43,756 bases of DNA from Saprolegnia diclina VS20 (lineage: Eukaryota): contig NW_008246133.1 in the NCBI RefSeq assembly GCF_000281045.1, positions 94,885 through 138,640 on the forward strand, in the 5' to 3' direction. Within the stretch, counting starts at the first letter, position 1, and each line of letters starts with the position of its first letter. The translations under genes were made by a program, and so were the position numbers. Positions 42,353 through 43,756 of the stretch are shown here, piece by piece. The notes below the pieces were generated by a model, which saw nothing but the letters and a program-made list of their open reading frames with translations, did no database searches and was not told where the DNA came from.

Positions 42353-42707
42353 NNNNNNNNNNNNNNNNNNNNNNNNNNNNNNNNNNNNNNNNNNNNNNNN
42401 NNNNNNNNNNNNNNNNNNNNNNNNNNNNNNNNNNNNNNNNNNNNNNNNNNNNNNNNNNNNNNNNNNNNNNNNNNNNNNNNNNNNNNNNNNNNNNNNNNNN
42501 NNNNNNNNNNNNNNNNNNNNNNNNNNNNNNNNNNNNNNNNNNNNNNNNNNNNNNNNNNNNNNNNNNNNNNNNNNNNNNNNNNNNNNNNNNNNNNNNNNNN
42601 NNNNNNNNNNNNNNNNNNNNNNNNNNNNNNNNNNNNNNNNNNNNNNNNNNNNNNNNNNNNNNNNNNNNNNNNNNNNNNNNNNNNNNNNNNNNNNNNNNNN
42701 NNNNNNN
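42353..42707. other. Assembly gap (N run)
   Basis: Run of n. Confidence 0.99.
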
Positions 42708-43549
42708 AACAAGGGTGATCAAACCCACAAAGCATGTACGAAGCGAGCACATGTGACGACCACAGTGAATTTTAAAATGAACGGGATTTTTGTCATCTAG
42801 AGTCGGAAAATGAAAAGGATTGTGCGACATACTGTGTAGGTACAAACTCCAGTCCGCCAGAGAAGAGATTGTGGACGCCAATGCCGACGCCTACAGCTAA
42901 GAAGGTTTAGCAAAGGAAAAGAAATGACGCCACGTCGTCACCGCCTCCGTAGACGGTTCCCCACTTCCTTGTTTGCAGCGTGCAGGCAATTCCAGCGGCT
43001 TGCATTGTTGGTTGTGCAGAGCATTGATGCTTCATTGCAAGATTGCCGCAGACTATAGCGCTAGCTTGTCCGTCTTAGCGACGGCCTTGGCTGTCGAAAA
43101 TTCAAATATATAACTTTTCGATTTCACGCCATTTTTGTGTGAAAGATCAAACCGCCATAAAACAGGGTGGCATACCACCCGCTGGTGCCCCCGTCGCTGG
43201 TCGTCAAGATACACTTGGCATACCTATCGTACAAGAAACCAGATTCGTCAAAATGTAGGCGGAAAGGCGCCGAACAAGTGCGTTTCTGTCAGTCCCCCGT
43301 GCATGATATGGTGCAACGCACCTGCGCATCTCGCTACATTCCTGGTGCTACGTCTGGGTGAGGCTCAACTTGATATCTGGTCGATTACTCAAATTGACCT
43401 TTGAGATTCGATTGCTAACACTGCGTTCACCAGAACGTGGACCATCCGAGCATGCGCAACACAGGCTGTAAGCGAATAAACCTCCCAAAACAATGATACA
43501 CGGCCAGGTTTTGCACATGCATTTCGTTATCAATGGGTGCAATGACCCT

Positions 43550-43756
43550 TTACAGCACGAGCAGCGCGGTCAGCGTCGTCACGACAAGACCCACCGACGC
43601 CAACGATGCGCCTGACGACTTGCCCTTGGTCGGGGCTGTCGTCGTTGCGGGCGTGATCGAGGCCGTTCCGTTTGACGCTGCATCGCTGCTGTTGGTCGTC
43701 GTCACCGTGGTCGCATCCATCAAGTCGTCAATGATCAAAAAATCGTCTTCGTCGCC
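43550..43756 (-). CDS. 3' end of a paralog of the Kazal-like GPI-anchored protein; runs off window end
   Basis: GDEDDFLIIDDLMDATTVTTT...SSGASLASVGLVVTTLTALLVL* shares DDFLIIDDLMD.TT with 41810-42352 and has a GPI-like tail. Confidence 0.65.
   Translation of the reverse strand, partial: GDEDDFLIIDDLMDATTVTTTNSSDAASNGTASITPATTTAPTKGKSSGASLASVGLVVTTLTALLVL

Overview
Eukaryotic, GC-rich scaffold segment, almost certainly from an oomycete and most consistent with Saprolegniales (Saprolegnia/Achlya/Aphanomyces-like). This inference rests on ~44-57 nt GT-AG introns, oomycete INR+FPR core promoters and lineage-typical gene families. Three assembly gaps: 7784-8628, 33523-33940, 42353-42707. Bases 1-11.6 kb are a duplicated, partly decaying array. 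Six M96-like (basic/coiled-coil + START-like) genes or pseudogenes are interleaved with four copies or fragments of a Ulp1/C48-like protein whose catalytic Cys is replaced by Ser. Next is a multi-exon ankyrin/EF-hand/atypical protein kinase. Four secreted GH18 chitinases follow, two of them near-identical and inverted, with a 140-bp near-perfect hairpin between a divergent pair. Interspersed and downstream are a DUF1295/steroid-reductase-like membrane protein, a SUC/SLC45-like sugar transporter, a polycystin-like channel, a ~1760-aa internally duplicated membrane protein, an ammonium transporter and two tandem Kazal-like GPI-anchored proteins. No rRNA, tRNA, CRISPR array or transposase was recognised. 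All family assignments are by eye from motifs; no searches were run.
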